A DNA stretch of 64,000 nt from an uncultured delta proteobacterium (lineage in GTDB: Bacteria > Desulfobacterota > Desulfobacteria > Desulfobacterales > Desulfosalsimonadaceae). The notes under the pieces were generated by a model. That model was given only the letters and a program-made list of their open reading frames with translations, made no database searches and had not been told where the DNA came from. The DNA lies in assembly GCA_963826785.1 (NCBI GenBank), contig CAWGYD010000004.1:288001-352000 (forward strand). Direction: 5' to 3'. Positions 1-11,100 of the stretch are shown piece by piece. A program made the translations under genes and the position numbers. Each line of letters starts with the position of its first letter. The first letter of the stretch is position 1.

Positions 1-192
1 ATCATCATGGCCAATTCCATGATGGGGGAGTTGACGCCGGCCATGGCCCAGGCGGTGGCGTCGAGCCCGGCGCGAAAGTACCTGCTGCCGCTGTTTCAGG
101 AAAACGCGGAGATCGTCGGCGCAAAAGGGGTGCCGCTGCCTCATCTGATCGATGAACTGATACAAGCGCATCTGGGCAGGCTGCGGCCGTAA
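1..192 (+). CDS. DUF3842-family protein, 3' part (5' end outside window)
   Basis: IIMANSMMGELTPAMAQAVASSPARKYLLPL resembles the DUF3842 C-terminus; it lies directly upstream of a CooT gene, a common pairing. Confidence 0.7.
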   Translation: MIMANSMMGELTPAMAQAVASSPARKYLLPLFQENAEIVGAKGVPLPHLIDELIQAHLGRLRP

Positions 193-216
193 ACTCTTTA
201 TCAACAGGATAGAAAT

Positions 217-405
217 ATGTGTGAAGCAAATGCATACGTGATCGAAAAGGATGGGGAAGAACTGATCATGGAGGCCGTGGATACGGTTGAACCCGAAGCG
301 GCCGGATACAAGCTGATGAACATCTTCGGCGAGCAGAAATTCGTCAAAGGGGTCATCCATTCCCTGTCCCTGGTGGATCATAAGATTTATTTCAAAAAAG
401 AATAA
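217..405 (+). CDS. cooT: CooT-family nickel-binding protein
   Basis: 62 aa; MCEANAY start, IFGEQK and LVDHKI motifs. Confidence 0.85.
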   Translation: MCEANAYVIEKDGEELIMEAVDTVEPEAAGYKLMNIFGEQKFVKGVIHSLSLVDHKIYFKKE

Positions 406-563
406 TTCCATTTCCGATTCCCGCAGTGTCACTGTGTGAAGAAAATCATCGCTCACAGAGCGATTCTGCACGTGGTTATTCTCCAGCCCGATGATTCCAG
501 ACCGGAGTTTCAGATCAAATAAAATCGTGAATGGCCAATCATTCATTTTAAGATAGTTGCATT

Positions 564-2294
564 ATGAAAATCACGGTCGCCAGATCAGCGGGGTTTTGCA
601 TGGGGGTGCGCCGGGCGGTGGAAATCGCCCTGGATGCATCGAACCGCAGCACGGATCCCATTTACACCTACGGGCCCCTGATCCATAACCCCCAGGTGCT
701 GGAGCTTTTGGAAAACAAAGTCATTTCGGTGATCCATACGATTCCGGAGAAGGGTTCCGGCACCGTGCTCATCCGTGCACACGGCATCCCCCCCCGGGAC
801 CGTGAGCTTCTGGAGCGGGCCGGCTTCAACGTGATCGATGCCACCTGTCCCCGGGTCATCAAGGTTCAGTCCATCATTGCCAAGCACGCCCGCCAGGGGT
901 ATGCGATCATCATCATCGGGGACCGGGATCATCCCGAAGTCAAAGGGCTGATGGGCTATGCGGGCGACATGGGGCATGTGGCCGAAACCCGCGAAGAGCT
1001 GGAAGGCCTGGCCGAATTCGAATCGGCCATCATCGTGGCCCAGACCACCCAGAATTCCGCTTTTTTCAAAGGGGTCAAGGAATGGGTGCGGGCCCGCCAT
1101 CCCCATTACCGGGTGTTTGACACGATTTGCGATTCAACGGAAAACCGCCAGGCGGATGTGACCCAACTGGCCCGGGAAGTGGATGCCATGGTGGTGGTGG
1201 GCGGCCGGGAGAGCGGAAACACCCGGCGTCTGTACGAAATCGCCCGGCAGACGGGAAAACCGGCGGTGCATATCGAAACAGAAGATGAACTGGACCTGCA
1301 CCAGCTGGGCGGAGCCCGCCGGATCGGCATCACCGCGGGTGCATCCACCCCCAACTGGATCATCAAACGGGTGCACCGGAAACTTGAAGACCTGATGGTC
1401 ATCCGGGGACAGCGATGCAAACGCTGGCTGTATCTGTTTCAGCGCTACCTGCTGCTGAGCAATATCTACATCGCCATGGGGGCAGGCGGCCTCACCTATG
1501 CCGCCACCCGACTCCAGGGGCTATCCCCGTCTTTGCTTCCCGTGTGCCTGGCCGTATTCTATCTACTGTCCATGCATACCTTCAACAACCTGGTGGATAT
1601 CTCATCGAATCGATACAATGACCCGGACAAGGCCCAGTTTTATCAGCAGAACCGGGGATGGCTGGCGGCAAACATGGTGCTTGCCGGGACGGCGGGGGTG
1701 ATTACCGCTTTTCTGATGGGGCCGCTGTTCGCCATGCTGGGGGTCTGCATGACCTTCATGGGATTTATTTACATCATCAACCTGGTTCCCCGGCGGCCGG
1801 GGCAGGTGTTTCATCCCAAGGTCCGGGATATCCCCGGCTCCAAAACCGTTCTGGCGGCACTGGCATGGGGGATCGTCACCTCAATTGTACCGGCCATCCA
1901 CGGTTTCGGGCAGGTTCAATGGGTCACCGTGCTGGTGTTTTTATGGACGGCCTGTTTCGTATTCGCGCGCACGGCCTTTTTCGATATCCTGGACATGCAG
2001 GGCAGCCGCATCGTGGGCCGGGAAACCATTCCCATCCTGCTGGGGGAGAAAAAGACCCTGCGCCTCATTAAAATACTGCTGTGGATGATGGCGGCGATGA
2101 TGGCGGCCGCCTCCGCAGCCGGTGTGGTATCCTCCCTGGGGCTTGTGTTGACCCTGTGCCCCCTCTCCATGATCCTGTTTCTGTCCACCAGTGAGCGGGG
2201 GCTGTTTTCCCCCGGCCTGCGCCAGGCTTTTCTCATGGAAAGCCACTTCGTCCTGGCCGGCGCGCTGGCCCTGATCTGGTCCCTGATCCGGTAA
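564..2294 (+). CDS. ispH: 4-hydroxy-3-methylbut-2-enyl diphosphate reductase fused to a C-terminal UbiA-like prenyltransferase membrane domain
   Basis: AGFCMGVRRA, LIHNP, RAHG, DATCP, HPEV, QTT, DTICDST and SGNT motifs in the first ~280 aa; C-terminal ~290 aa is multi-TM with FNNLVD and FDILDMQG. Confidence 0.92.
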   Translation: MKITVARSAGFCMGVRRAVEIALDASNRSTDPIYTYGPLIHNPQVLELLENKVISVIHTIPEKGSGTVLIRAHGIPPRDRELLERAGFNVIDATCPRVIKVQSIIAKHARQGYAIIIIGDRDHPEVKGLMGYAGDMGHVAETREELEGLAEFESAIIVAQTTQNSAFFKGVKEWVRARHPHYRVFDTICDSTENRQADVTQLAREVDAMVVVGGRESGNTRRLYEIARQTGKPAVHIETEDELDLHQLGGARRIGITAGASTPNWIIKRVHRKLEDLMVIRGQRCKRWLYLFQRYLLLSNIYIAMGAGGLTYAATRLQGLSPSLLPVCLAVFYLLSMHTFNNLVDISSNRYNDPDKAQFYQQNRGWLAANMVLAGTAGVITAFLMGPLFAMLGVCMTFMGFIYIINLVPRRPGQVFHPKVRDIPGSKTVLAALAWGIVTSIVPAIHGFGQVQWVTVLVFLWTACFVFARTAFFDILDMQGSRIVGRETIPILLGEKKTLRLIKILLWMMAAMMAAASAAGVVSSLGLVLTLCPLSMILFLSTSERGLFSPGLRQAFLMESHFVLAGALALIWSLIR

Positions 2295-2408
2295 AACAGT
2301 TTCAATTTTTAATGGATAAAAAAAACAGTTGCCTCGGTAAGGCACTGATATATTTTTTATTTTTGCGCCTTGGAAATATTTTTTGTTGAGGGATGGAAAG
2401 ATCGGATT

Positions 2409-3035
2409 TTAATGTTTTCCCCAAATGGGGGGCTCGGTTCCGGCGATCAGCCGGGAAATATTGGCCCGGTGGCGAAAAATAATCAGCGCGGAAACCGCCA
2501 GGGCGCACCCGGTAAATACGAGCGAATGTAAAATGCCGAACACCCCCGCCGGCAGAAAAAGCGCGGCTGAAAGCGATCCAGCGGATACCCGCCGGGACAG
2601 AAGGGTCACCCCGAGAAAAACCGCCAGGGTTGCCAAAAGGGTCGCAGGGGAAATCACCGCAAAGCATCCGGCAGCGGTGGCCACGCCTTTTCCGCCGGTT
2701 TTGAATTTCAGGTACACGGGATAAAGGTGGCCGAGAAATGCGGCCAGGGCGCAGATCGACATCCCGACTTCCCGAACCCGGGGACCGTCGCCGGAAAAAA
2801 GAGCTGCCGCCAGCATCACCGGGACCGCCCCCTTGAGCAGGTCGCCGGCAAGGGTGGCCAGCCCGGGCTTTAATCCCCCGGTCCGCAGCGCGTTGGTGGC
2901 GCCGATGTTGCCGCTGCCCGCAGACCGCAGGTCGGCCGTCTTGAACAGCCGGGCGGACACCAGCCCGAAGGGGATCGATCCTATCAGGTAGGCGAAAAGA
3001 AACAGCCCGGCGATGGTGAAAAGGTGTGGAAACAT
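2409..3035 (-). CDS. plsY: Glycerol-3-phosphate acyltransferase PlsY
   Basis: YLIGSIPFG, GSGNIGATNALR, GHLYP, GGKGVAT and RHRANI motifs. Confidence 0.95.
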   Translation of the reverse strand: MFPHLFTIAGLFLFAYLIGSIPFGLVSARLFKTADLRSAGSGNIGATNALRTGGLKPGLATLAGDLLKGAVPVMLAAALFSGDGPRVREVGMSICALAAFLGHLYPVYLKFKTGGKGVATAAGCFAVISPATLLATLAVFLGVTLLSRRVSAGSLSAALFLPAGVFGILHSLVFTGCALAVSALIIFRHRANISRLIAGTEPPIWGKH

Positions 3036-3143
3036 TATGCCGCCTTGGAAATTCAGGTTCAAAAGACACAGTTTAAAGCAGATACCCTTCTGGAATCAAG
3101 GTCTTCTTCCGGGAAAGGACCGACACCCCGTGGAGCGATGCGC

Positions 3144-3425
3144 ATGACAGAAGAAATCGATCCTGTTGAAATCCCCATTGACGGACTGCTGGATCTTCAC
3201 ACGTTTCATCCCCGTGAGGCACGGGATCTGGTCAATGAATACCTCCGGGCCTGCCGGGAGAAGCAAATCCTGAATGTCCGCATCATCCACGGCAAAGGGC
3301 GGGGAATCCTGAAGCAGGCCGTCCATTCCGCGCTGTCAAAAAATCCCATGGTGGCCTCGTTTTCCGATGCCCCGGCAAACGCGGGCGGATGGGGCGCCAC
3401 CATCGTCAGGCTGAAAGCTGATTGA
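3144..3425 (+). CDS. Stand-alone Smr/MutS2 domain protein
   Basis: LDLHTF, IIHGKGRG and GGWGAT motifs; GGAG RBS precedes ATG 3144. Confidence 0.9.
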   Translation: MTEEIDPVEIPIDGLLDLHTFHPREARDLVNEYLRACREKQILNVRIIHGKGRGILKQAVHSALSKNPMVASFSDAPANAGGWGATIVRLKAD

Positions 3426-3497
3426 AATTTCATGGGTTCACCTTTGCAGTCTTTCCACCTTTTGAATCTGCGATTTTGATGCTATGAGATACGGCTG

Positions 3498-4691
3498 ATG
3501 AACAGAATCGATAAAAAAATCTTCTCAGCCCTGTTTTTTTCCATCTTTACGGCGGTGACAGGGGTGGGAATCGTGGTGCCCCTTCTTCCGGTGTACGCCC
3601 ACAACCTGGGCGCTTCGGGAATTTACATCGCCCTGGTCTTCGGCGGGTTTTCCCTGACCCGCACGGTTTTTCTCCCCTGGTTCGGCCGGCTCTCGGATAA
3701 AAAAGGCCGGAAACCCTTCCTCACCATCGGGCTGTTTGCCTATGCGGTGATCGCAATCGCGTTTATTTTTTCGGAAACCATCGAATCTCTGATCATCATC
3801 CGTATGGTTCAGGGGGTGGCCTCTGCCATGATCATGCCGGTGGCCCAGGCCTATATCGGCGACATCACCCCGCCCGGGAGGGAAGGAATTGTCATGGGCA
3901 TGTTCAACATGTCCATCTTCCTGGGGCTCTCCATCGGGCCGCTGCTGGGCGGCGGAATCAAGGACCTGTTCGGCCTCCAGACGGCATTTGGATGTATGGG
4001 CGTCCTGGCTTTGGGATCATTTATGATGAGTTATGCCTTCCTGCCGCCGGCCCGGGAGGAGCAGGGGGTGATCAGCGGATACAAGCCGGTTTTCTGGCGG
4101 GTGCTGGTTTTCGACCGGACCATTTTCAGCCTGTTTGTCTTCCGCTGGGTCTATGCCACCTGCATCGGCATCATCTGGGGGTTTCTGCCGGTGTACGGGG
4201 ATGTCCGGTTTTCGTTGTCCTCGGCGGCCATCGGCGTACTGGTGGTGCTGGGGGTCTCCATCAGCGGCATCCTGCATGTGCCCATGGGTATTATAGCCGA
4301 CCGGATGGACAAGCGCATCCTGGTGGTTTCCGGGGGGCTGGTCAGCGCCGTGGCCATCCTGATGATCGGGTGGTCTGACGGATTCTGGGACTTGTTTGCC
4401 GCCAACGTGGTATTCGGCATCGGCGGCGGGATGGCCATGCCTGCCATGATGGCGCTGGCAGTGATCAGCGGGAGCGAAAAGAAGGCCATGGGCACCGTCA
4501 TGTCGCTGATCACCATCGCCCACAGCCTGGGAATGCTCTGCGGATCACTCTTCGGCGGCATCATCATGGATCTTATGGCACTGCATTACGCGTTTTCCTT
4601 CGGATCGCTGATCATGCTCTTCGGGGTGGTGGTTTTTTTCATCGGCATGATAAAAATCCCGGGACTAAAAGGGTTGGAAGCAGAAACATGA
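3498..4691 (+). CDS. MFS transporter (DHA1-like)
   Basis: About 12 hydrophobic segments; motif A GRLSDKKGRK. Confidence 0.9.
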   Translation: MNRIDKKIFSALFFSIFTAVTGVGIVVPLLPVYAHNLGASGIYIALVFGGFSLTRTVFLPWFGRLSDKKGRKPFLTIGLFAYAVIAIAFIFSETIESLIIIRMVQGVASAMIMPVAQAYIGDITPPGREGIVMGMFNMSIFLGLSIGPLLGGGIKDLFGLQTAFGCMGVLALGSFMMSYAFLPPAREEQGVISGYKPVFWRVLVFDRTIFSLFVFRWVYATCIGIIWGFLPVYGDVRFSLSSAAIGVLVVLGVSISGILHVPMGIIADRMDKRILVVSGGLVSAVAILMIGWSDGFWDLFAANVVFGIGGGMAMPAMMALAVISGSEKKAMGTVMSLITIAHSLGMLCGSLFGGIIMDLMALHYAFSFGSLIMLFGVVVFFIGMIKIPGLKGLEAET

Positions 4692-4713
4692 GACATTTCG
4701 CAAGAAGAGGTGA

Positions 4714-5388
4714 TTGATGCCACGGGTGGATTCGTCCAGGCCGTATGCGGTGTTGACCGGCGATTTCATCGGCTTTTCCGGCCTGCCGGCCGACCTGCGG
4801 CAGAACATGTATTTCGTGCTTAAGGACGGAGGCGCCGGGATCAGCCGTGCCTGGCCGGATCTTATGCCCTGGCCGGTGGACGTGTTCAGGGGAGACGGCT
4901 GGCAGATCCTGCTGACCGACCCGGCATTGTCGCTGCGAACCGGGCTTTTTTTGCGGGCGCATATCCGGTCCTCTGCCGGAAAGGATGTGGACACCCGCCT
5001 GGCCATTGCCATCGGTGCAGTCGATTATGTGCCGGAAGGCCGGGTTTCCGCCGGAGACGGCGAGGCGTTCCGCATGTCCGGCAGGCTGCTTGAAAAGATG
5101 ACTGCTCCCGGCGCCGGGTCCATCCGCTTCCGCATGGATCGCCACCCGTCATCCGGCTGCCTGGACGCGCTCGCCCGGATGACCGGAGACATGGCCCGGC
5201 AGTGGACCCCGCCCCAGGCCCGGGCCGTTGCCGGTGCGCTGCAGGGAATGCCCCATCCGCAGATCAGCCGTCTCTGGAAAAAACCCATCTCCCCCCAGGC
5301 GGTGAGCAAACACCTGGCACGCGCCGGCTGGCCGGGTCTCCGCCACGCCCTGGAGGCTTTTGAACAGGCCCTGGGGCATATAAAATAA
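4714..5388 (+). CDS. SatD-family-like protein with C-terminal HTH
   Basis: YAVLTGDFIG, FRGDGWQ, RLAIAIG, DGEAFRMSG and ISPQAVSKHL. Confidence 0.65.
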   Translation: MMPRVDSSRPYAVLTGDFIGFSGLPADLRQNMYFVLKDGGAGISRAWPDLMPWPVDVFRGDGWQILLTDPALSLRTGLFLRAHIRSSAGKDVDTRLAIAIGAVDYVPEGRVSAGDGEAFRMSGRLLEKMTAPGAGSIRFRMDRHPSSGCLDALARMTGDMARQWTPPQARAVAGALQGMPHPQISRLWKKPISPQAVSKHLARAGWPGLRHALEAFEQALGHIK

Positions 5389-5401
5389 CTGACAGCAGAA
5401 C

Positions 5402-7165
5402 TCAGTCCGCGCTCTTCTTCCGGCTCACCGGGGTCATCACCAGTCTGAAGCCGATGTAGTTTCCCTTGAAGTCGGGATAGACGCCGGCGCGGTAGGCGCA
5501 GCGGACTTCGTGGGGCGAATTGCACCAGCTGCCGCCCCGGATCACTTTGCGGGCCCCTTTGCCGGACACCACCGGGTTGCTTTGCGCATGTTTTTTGTAC
5601 CCGCTTTCGAGATAGGTGTCCTGGCACCATTCGTAGACGTTTCCGCTCATATCGTACAGGCCGATGCCGTTGGGCCGCTTCTGCCCCACCGGCCGGGTGG
5701 AAATGGCGCTGTTGGCGGAATACCAGGCCAGGTCCTCCAGTTTTTTCCCGCCGGCGTATTTCTCGGGTTTTCCGCAGCTTCGGGCCGCATACTCCCATTC
5801 GGCTTCCGTGGGCAGCCGGAAGTGGTACTTGTTTTTATTCAAAACGGTGAGCTTTACAATGAAATCCTGGGCGTCCTGCCAGGAAACCTGCTCCACGGGA
5901 TGATCCGCACCCTTCTTGAACCCCGAGGGATTGTGGGGCCGTACCTTTTTCCAGAAGGCGCCGGACATCACTTTTTTCCATTGGGCCTGGGTGACCGGGT
6001 ATTTTCCCATCCAGAATCCGTCGATGAATACCTCGTGGACCGGAAATTCGTCCTTGTTTCCTTCCCCGTCCCAGTTGCCGCCCCCCATCCGGAAACTGCC
6101 CGTGGGAACCCATAAAAATTCGGTCCCGGTCACCGGCTCGATCCACGTATCCCCCAGCTGGTGAATTTCGGCAGGCAGCTTGTGAAAAAAGGGCTCCGGT
6201 TCAGGCTTGGGTGCGGCGGCCGCTCCATCCTTTTGATATTGCCCCGCGGGGGGCGGATTCTTCAGGGATTCATCGGCAAACAGGGATTGACTGCAGGTGA
6301 GGCGATGGTCGCCATTTAAGACCGCGATGATTTCCGTGAGACTGCCGGGGCGTTCGGACGGTTGATATTTCAGACATTTTTCGATCAGCCCCTGGATGTT
6401 GTACGGCATGTCGGACCGGTTAAACCGGAGCCCGGATTCGCGAATCAGACGGGTTCGGGTGGTGAAGTCCTCCTTTTCATAGGGGAGGCATCCGAGCCAG
6501 ATAAAGTAGGCGACAAACCCATAAGCGTAAATCAGGCTGGCCGGCCCGGGGCGTTCATTGCGGATGACCAGTTCGGGGGCGGACCAGTTGGGGGTAAACT
6601 GGGCATTGGCCGTGGTGGATACGCTGCTCAACCGCTGCAGGCCGCCCAGATCCCCGATCACCAGCCGGCCGCTCTGATTGATCAGCAAATTGGAGGGCTT
6701 TAGATCCTTTACGATAAAGGAATCGCCCGCCTTGCTGATCAATCGGTTCAGCACCTCGGCGAGTTCCCACATCAGCTGGCGGGCCAGCCGGGGGGAGAGC
6801 GGATAATGATCGATGACGAAATTGAGCAGGCTGGCCGGGCAGTATTCCATGAGGACAATCAGCCAGGCCTTGGCCTCCTGTTTGGAAACCCGCTTGTCCA
6901 CCAGGTGGAAATCATGAATCTCGACCACGCCGTCCCCCTTGATTTTGCTGTAATATTCCTGGACGGCATAGAAGTCATGGGAGATCTTGGAATCGAGGGC
7001 TTTTGCGGACCGGTAGGAAAATGAGCGCTCCACCATGATGGGCAGAACCTTCACTGCCCGCTCTTTCAGGTTGTCCTTTACCAGGTAGACGGTTCCATAA
7101 ACCCCTTCCCCGATATTTTTGATCACATCATAGGTGGGAAGACATCGCTTGATGATTTCTTCCAT
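5402..7165 (-). CDS. Ser/Thr protein kinase fused to an FGE-sulfatase (SUMF1-like) domain
   Basis: IGEGVYGTVY, AVK, DLKPSN and APE kinase motifs; C-terminal FRLPTEAEWEYAAR, GLYDMSGNVYEW, RGGSW and GFRL. Start uncertain (7165 or 7225). Confidence 0.9.
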   Translation of the reverse strand: MEEIIKRCLPTYDVIKNIGEGVYGTVYLVKDNLKERAVKVLPIMVERSFSYRSAKALDSKISHDFYAVQEYYSKIKGDGVVEIHDFHLVDKRVSKQEAKAWLIVLMEYCPASLLNFVIDHYPLSPRLARQLMWELAEVLNRLISKAGDSFIVKDLKPSNLLINQSGRLVIGDLGGLQRLSSVSTTANAQFTPNWSAPELVIRNERPGPASLIYAYGFVAYFIWLGCLPYEKEDFTTRTRLIRESGLRFNRSDMPYNIQGLIEKCLKYQPSERPGSLTEIIAVLNGDHRLTCSQSLFADESLKNPPPAGQYQKDGAAAAPKPEPEPFFHKLPAEIHQLGDTWIEPVTGTEFLWVPTGSFRMGGGNWDGEGNKDEFPVHEVFIDGFWMGKYPVTQAQWKKVMSGAFWKKVRPHNPSGFKKGADHPVEQVSWQDAQDFIVKLTVLNKNKYHFRLPTEAEWEYAARSCGKPEKYAGGKKLEDLAWYSANSAISTRPVGQKRPNGIGLYDMSGNVYEWCQDTYLESGYKKHAQSNPVVSGKGARKVIRGGSWCNSPHEVRCAYRAGVYPDFKGNYIGFRLVMTPVSRKKSAD

Positions 7166-7205
7166 CAGGAAGCTTTCCGCATGCGAATTCTCGATTCTGT
7201 ATAAA

Positions 7206-7958
7206 TCACGGCCGGATCTCGGCAATGATGAAACTGGTGTTGTCCTTCAACCCTTTCCGGGAGACTTCCTTTAACAGCTTTTTTCCATTTTTGACGGGTG
7301 AGGGCATCAGGATGTCAAAAATTTCCTCATCCTGAAGAACATCATTGAGCCCGTCGGAGCAGATGAGATAACAGGCGCTCTCCTGCAGCGGCTCCTGATG
7401 GACGTGGATTCTGTCGCCATCCCAGTTGTCTTTGAAAACGGGGCCGATGCCGAATTCGATCAGATGCCTGTAGGGATGCCCGAATACCGTGGCTTCCGGG
7501 ATCAGGGAGTTGTCCACCCATTCCTGGACCAGTGAGTGGTCGTGGGAAATGTATCGAAGGCCGCTTTCGCCAAAACCGTAAACCCGGCTGTCCCCCGCAT
7601 TGAAAGCAAAGGCCAGTTGATCGGATATCCACACGCCGGCCACCGTGGTCCCGGAATCGGCGGGGAGATTTTCTTCAGACAGGCGTTGAATCCTGGCGAT
7701 CTCTTCATGGATGGACCCGCCATTTATGATCTGGTCCGTATTTCTCTGGGCCAGCTGCTCACAGACAAACCGGCTGGCCGTTTCCCCGGCACGGTGACCG
7801 CCCATGCCGTCGCATACGGCCAGCAGCAGCTGGTGAACCGAAAAGGCGTTTTTGCACTCGGCACTGTCCTCCTGGCGCACCTTCCCGCCATCGATGATGC
7901 AGTCCTCCTGCCGGTCCCGCGGCCCCCGTCGCATGGCCGCATACATGTCGCATTTCAT
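7206..7958 (-). CDS. PP2C-family Ser/Thr protein phosphatase
   Basis: RQED, VCDGMGGH, SGTT, NAGDSR, DHS, CSDGL and DN motifs. Confidence 0.92.
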   Translation of the reverse strand: MKCDMYAAMRRGPRDRQEDCIIDGGKVRQEDSAECKNAFSVHQLLLAVCDGMGGHRAGETASRFVCEQLAQRNTDQIINGGSIHEEIARIQRLSEENLPADSGTTVAGVWISDQLAFAFNAGDSRVYGFGESGLRYISHDHSLVQEWVDNSLIPEATVFGHPYRHLIEFGIGPVFKDNWDGDRIHVHQEPLQESACYLICSDGLNDVLQDEEIFDILMPSPVKNGKKLLKEVSRKGLKDNTSFIIAEIRP

Positions 7959-8065
7959 CGCAAGCCTCGCAGATTAAGAATATAGACCAACTCCCCGCCA
8001 TTGTTCAACCCGGTTTTTCAAAGGCTCTTCCTGCTTTGGTGTGCGCTATGCATGTTTTAATGATG

Positions 8066-8151
8066 TCGTAAAAAACTCGAAAAAGCTTGGTTGTCGTCAT
8101 TACTGGATGCCTGCCTTCGCAGGCATGACGTGAAAACTGATTTTTTACGAG
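8066..8151. repeat. REP-like intergenic element, family C copy 1
   Basis: TCGTAAAAAA...TTTTTTACGA inverted ends; core GGATGCCTGCCTTCGCAGGCATGACGTGAAAA shared with 21925-21970. Confidence 0.7.
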
Positions 8152-8154
8152 GCC

Positions 8155-11100
8155 TCATGTTTTGCCGGTTCCCGAAAACAGGGTCATCTGCACCGGGCCC
8201 TTTTTTCTGGGGGGATGCTCCCGGCGTTTTTGCTTGAGCAGCTGCTTTTCAATATCGTCCAGAAAAGGAGAGCGGGTCCGGGTCCCGGTCCTGCCGTGGA
8301 TCATCCGTGTATTGGACCAGCACAGGTAGAGGGCTTCTTTTGCCCGGGTCATGCCCACGTAGAAAAGCCGCCTTTCTTCTTCCGCATCCGTATATGAGGC
8401 CTTGCCGGCCCGCAGGAAGGGGATGAGGCCGTCCTCGCAGCCGGTGATGAAGACCACGGGAAATTCCAGCCCCTTTGCCGCGTGAAGGGTCATCAGGCAC
8501 ACTTTTTCGGCACCCGTTTCGATCACATCCGGGTCATTTTCCAGTGTGATGGTCTCGATAAAATCCCGGGTGTTTTGCCCGAACGGTTCGGCCATTGCGA
8601 TGACCCGTTTGAATGCTTCGGAAATTTGGCTGTCATTTGCAAACAGCGGGCGAATCTCGGGCTGCTCCGCCATAAACGCCAGCTTGCGCGAAGCGGTCAG
8701 GGATGCGGTTTTTCGGCGAAGATCCGCCATCCGATGGGTCAAGCCGGCCAGGAGTGAATTCCCGGCGGGCGTCAACGCCGGGTGTGCGATCGGTTCATCC
8801 CGGGATAAAAGCGTATGGGCGGGGAGTTGATCCCGGTATCCCCGGTTTCTGATGACTTCCATTTCCCCGGGGCTGAAAGGAGAGGCCAGGCAGGCATTGA
8901 TCCGGTCCAGGTCGGTCCAGGCGGCGCATCTTTCCATCATCTTCAGCCATGCCAGCGCCTCGGCCACCCCCTTGCGCTCAAACAGGTTCTGCCGGCTGGC
9001 CAGCTGGAAGGGGATGCCCGCCTTTTCAAACATTTCCCCGAAGATTTCCCCCTGGGCCCGGGTGCGGTAAAGGACCGTAAAATCCGAAAACGCCCGGTTT
9101 CCTTCCCAGCCGGTGCCGGACGATTTTCCGAAATCCGTAAAATCAAAACCGGTGCCGCCGATCATCTGCTCGATCATTTTCCCCACGGCCACCGCTTCCG
9201 CTTTTTCGGTCTGGGCCGTCAGGATGGTAATATGGGGCAGACCGGAAATGCCGGAATATACCCGGGCGTGGGCGCTATTTAGACTGTGGTTTTCCATGAT
9301 CTGGCCGGAGGCCTCCAGGATGGTGTCCGTAGACCGGTAGTTGCGGGTCAGCCGGACCCGTCGGGCCGCGGGAAAGTCTAACAGAAAACGCTGGAAAAAC
9401 GCCACATCCGAGCCCCTGAACCCGTAAATGGACTGGTCCGGGTCGCCGATCACGCACAAGTCGGCGCTATGATTCACCAGGGCCTGGATGATCCGGTACT
9501 GGGGCAGATTCAGATCCTGGTATTCATCCACGAACACATAGGGGAACCGGTTTTGCCACTCGGCGCGCACCGTTTGGTCGGTTTGAAGGATCTCCACCGT
9601 GCGGGCGATCAGGTCGTCAAAATCACAGGCTTTCTGTGCATCCATCATCTCCCGGTAGATTTGGTATACCGCGGAAATAGATGATGCCGGCATATCTTTG
9701 GAAATGGGCGCAAGCTCATCCCCGGGCAGGAGCAGCTGCTGCCGGGCCGCGGAAATCAGCGCGCCCGCGGCTTCCGCGGACCCCCTGACGGTGATGCCGT
9801 TTTTTTTAGCCCGGGCCATGGCTGCCCCCATTACGGAGAGCCGCGTGTTTTCGTCGATGAGCGTAAAGCTTTCGGGGGCCTGTTCTTTTAAAAACCGGAG
9901 GCAGAAGGCGTGAAACGTGGCGGTCAGGGGCAGCACCGGGTCTTTTCCCAGCAGATCCGAGAGCCGCTGCGCCATTTCCCGGGCGGCCCGGTTGGTGAAG
10001 GTGATCGCAAGGATGGATTCGGCAGCGATCTTTTTTTCCCGGATCAGCCAGGCGATGCGGTGGGTCAGCGTCCGGGTTTTGCCCGTGCCCGGTCCGGCGA
10101 CGATCAGAAGCGGCCCCTGCTCATGGGTGACCGCCCGGGCCTGATCCGGGTTCAAACCGGCCAGCAGGTCCCGGGCGGGCACCGGGTGAATTTGTGCCGT
10201 TTGCGCAGCCGCTGCGGGTTTAACAGGTTTGCGGGGGCTTTTGGGAGAGGGATTGGCGCTTGCGGCGCAGGCCTCAGCGGAAAGGGCCTTTTGCGGCATC
10301 TGAAACAGCGATTTCTGCCCGGCCAGGGCATCGATCTCCTGCGGTGAAAACACCCGTATGCGGCCGTATTCCCCGTCATAGCCGGCGTTGATGTGAACCC
10401 TGCCCGCGCGCATGCGCTCGATGGCCTCGGCCAGAAGACCCATGCCCGCTTCACGCACGGCGGCGGTGGGAAGGGCGTAGAGCAGCGGCAGTTCAGGGCC
10501 GAGCCGCTCGAGGACGCGTTCATATGCGGCGGCCACTTTTTTGCTTTTGCATCCCACCCCCTCGATTTCGGACAGGATTTCGGAAAGCGGGATGAGGCTG
10601 TAAAAGGGATGCCGATTTTCGGGTCCGTCCCCGTCCTTTCGGGTGGCCAGTTCCTCCACCCGGTGGAGCACCCCCATGGTCAAGGGCTTATTGCAGACCG
10701 GGCACAGGTTTCCGTGGTCGATGGATTCTCTGGGATTTAAGCTGACATCGCATTTGCGGTGCCCGTCCTGGTGATATTTTCCTTCTTCGGGGAAAAATTC
10801 CAGGGTGCCGATAAATTTTTCCGGGTCCCCGGTTTTGATGGCGTGCTTTACGGCCGGATAGGACAGGTCCGTGTTGAGCAGGTTGGCTTCCCGGCCCAGG
10901 TTGGCCGGCGAGTGGGCGTCTGAATTGGACACCAGGGTCAGCCCGTCGATGCCTTTAACCCGCCAGTTCATGGGCGGGTCCGACGAAAGCCCGGTTTCAA
11001 CGGCGAAGATGTGGGGCGTCAGGTCCGCAAAGCATTCTTCCATGGCATCAAAGCCGGACTTGGCGCCAAACAGCGAAAACCACGGGGTCCAGATGTGGGC

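Noticed and set aside
5402..5600. DGR variable repeat in the FGE domain 3' end
   Set aside because: No template repeat or reverse transcriptase seen in the window
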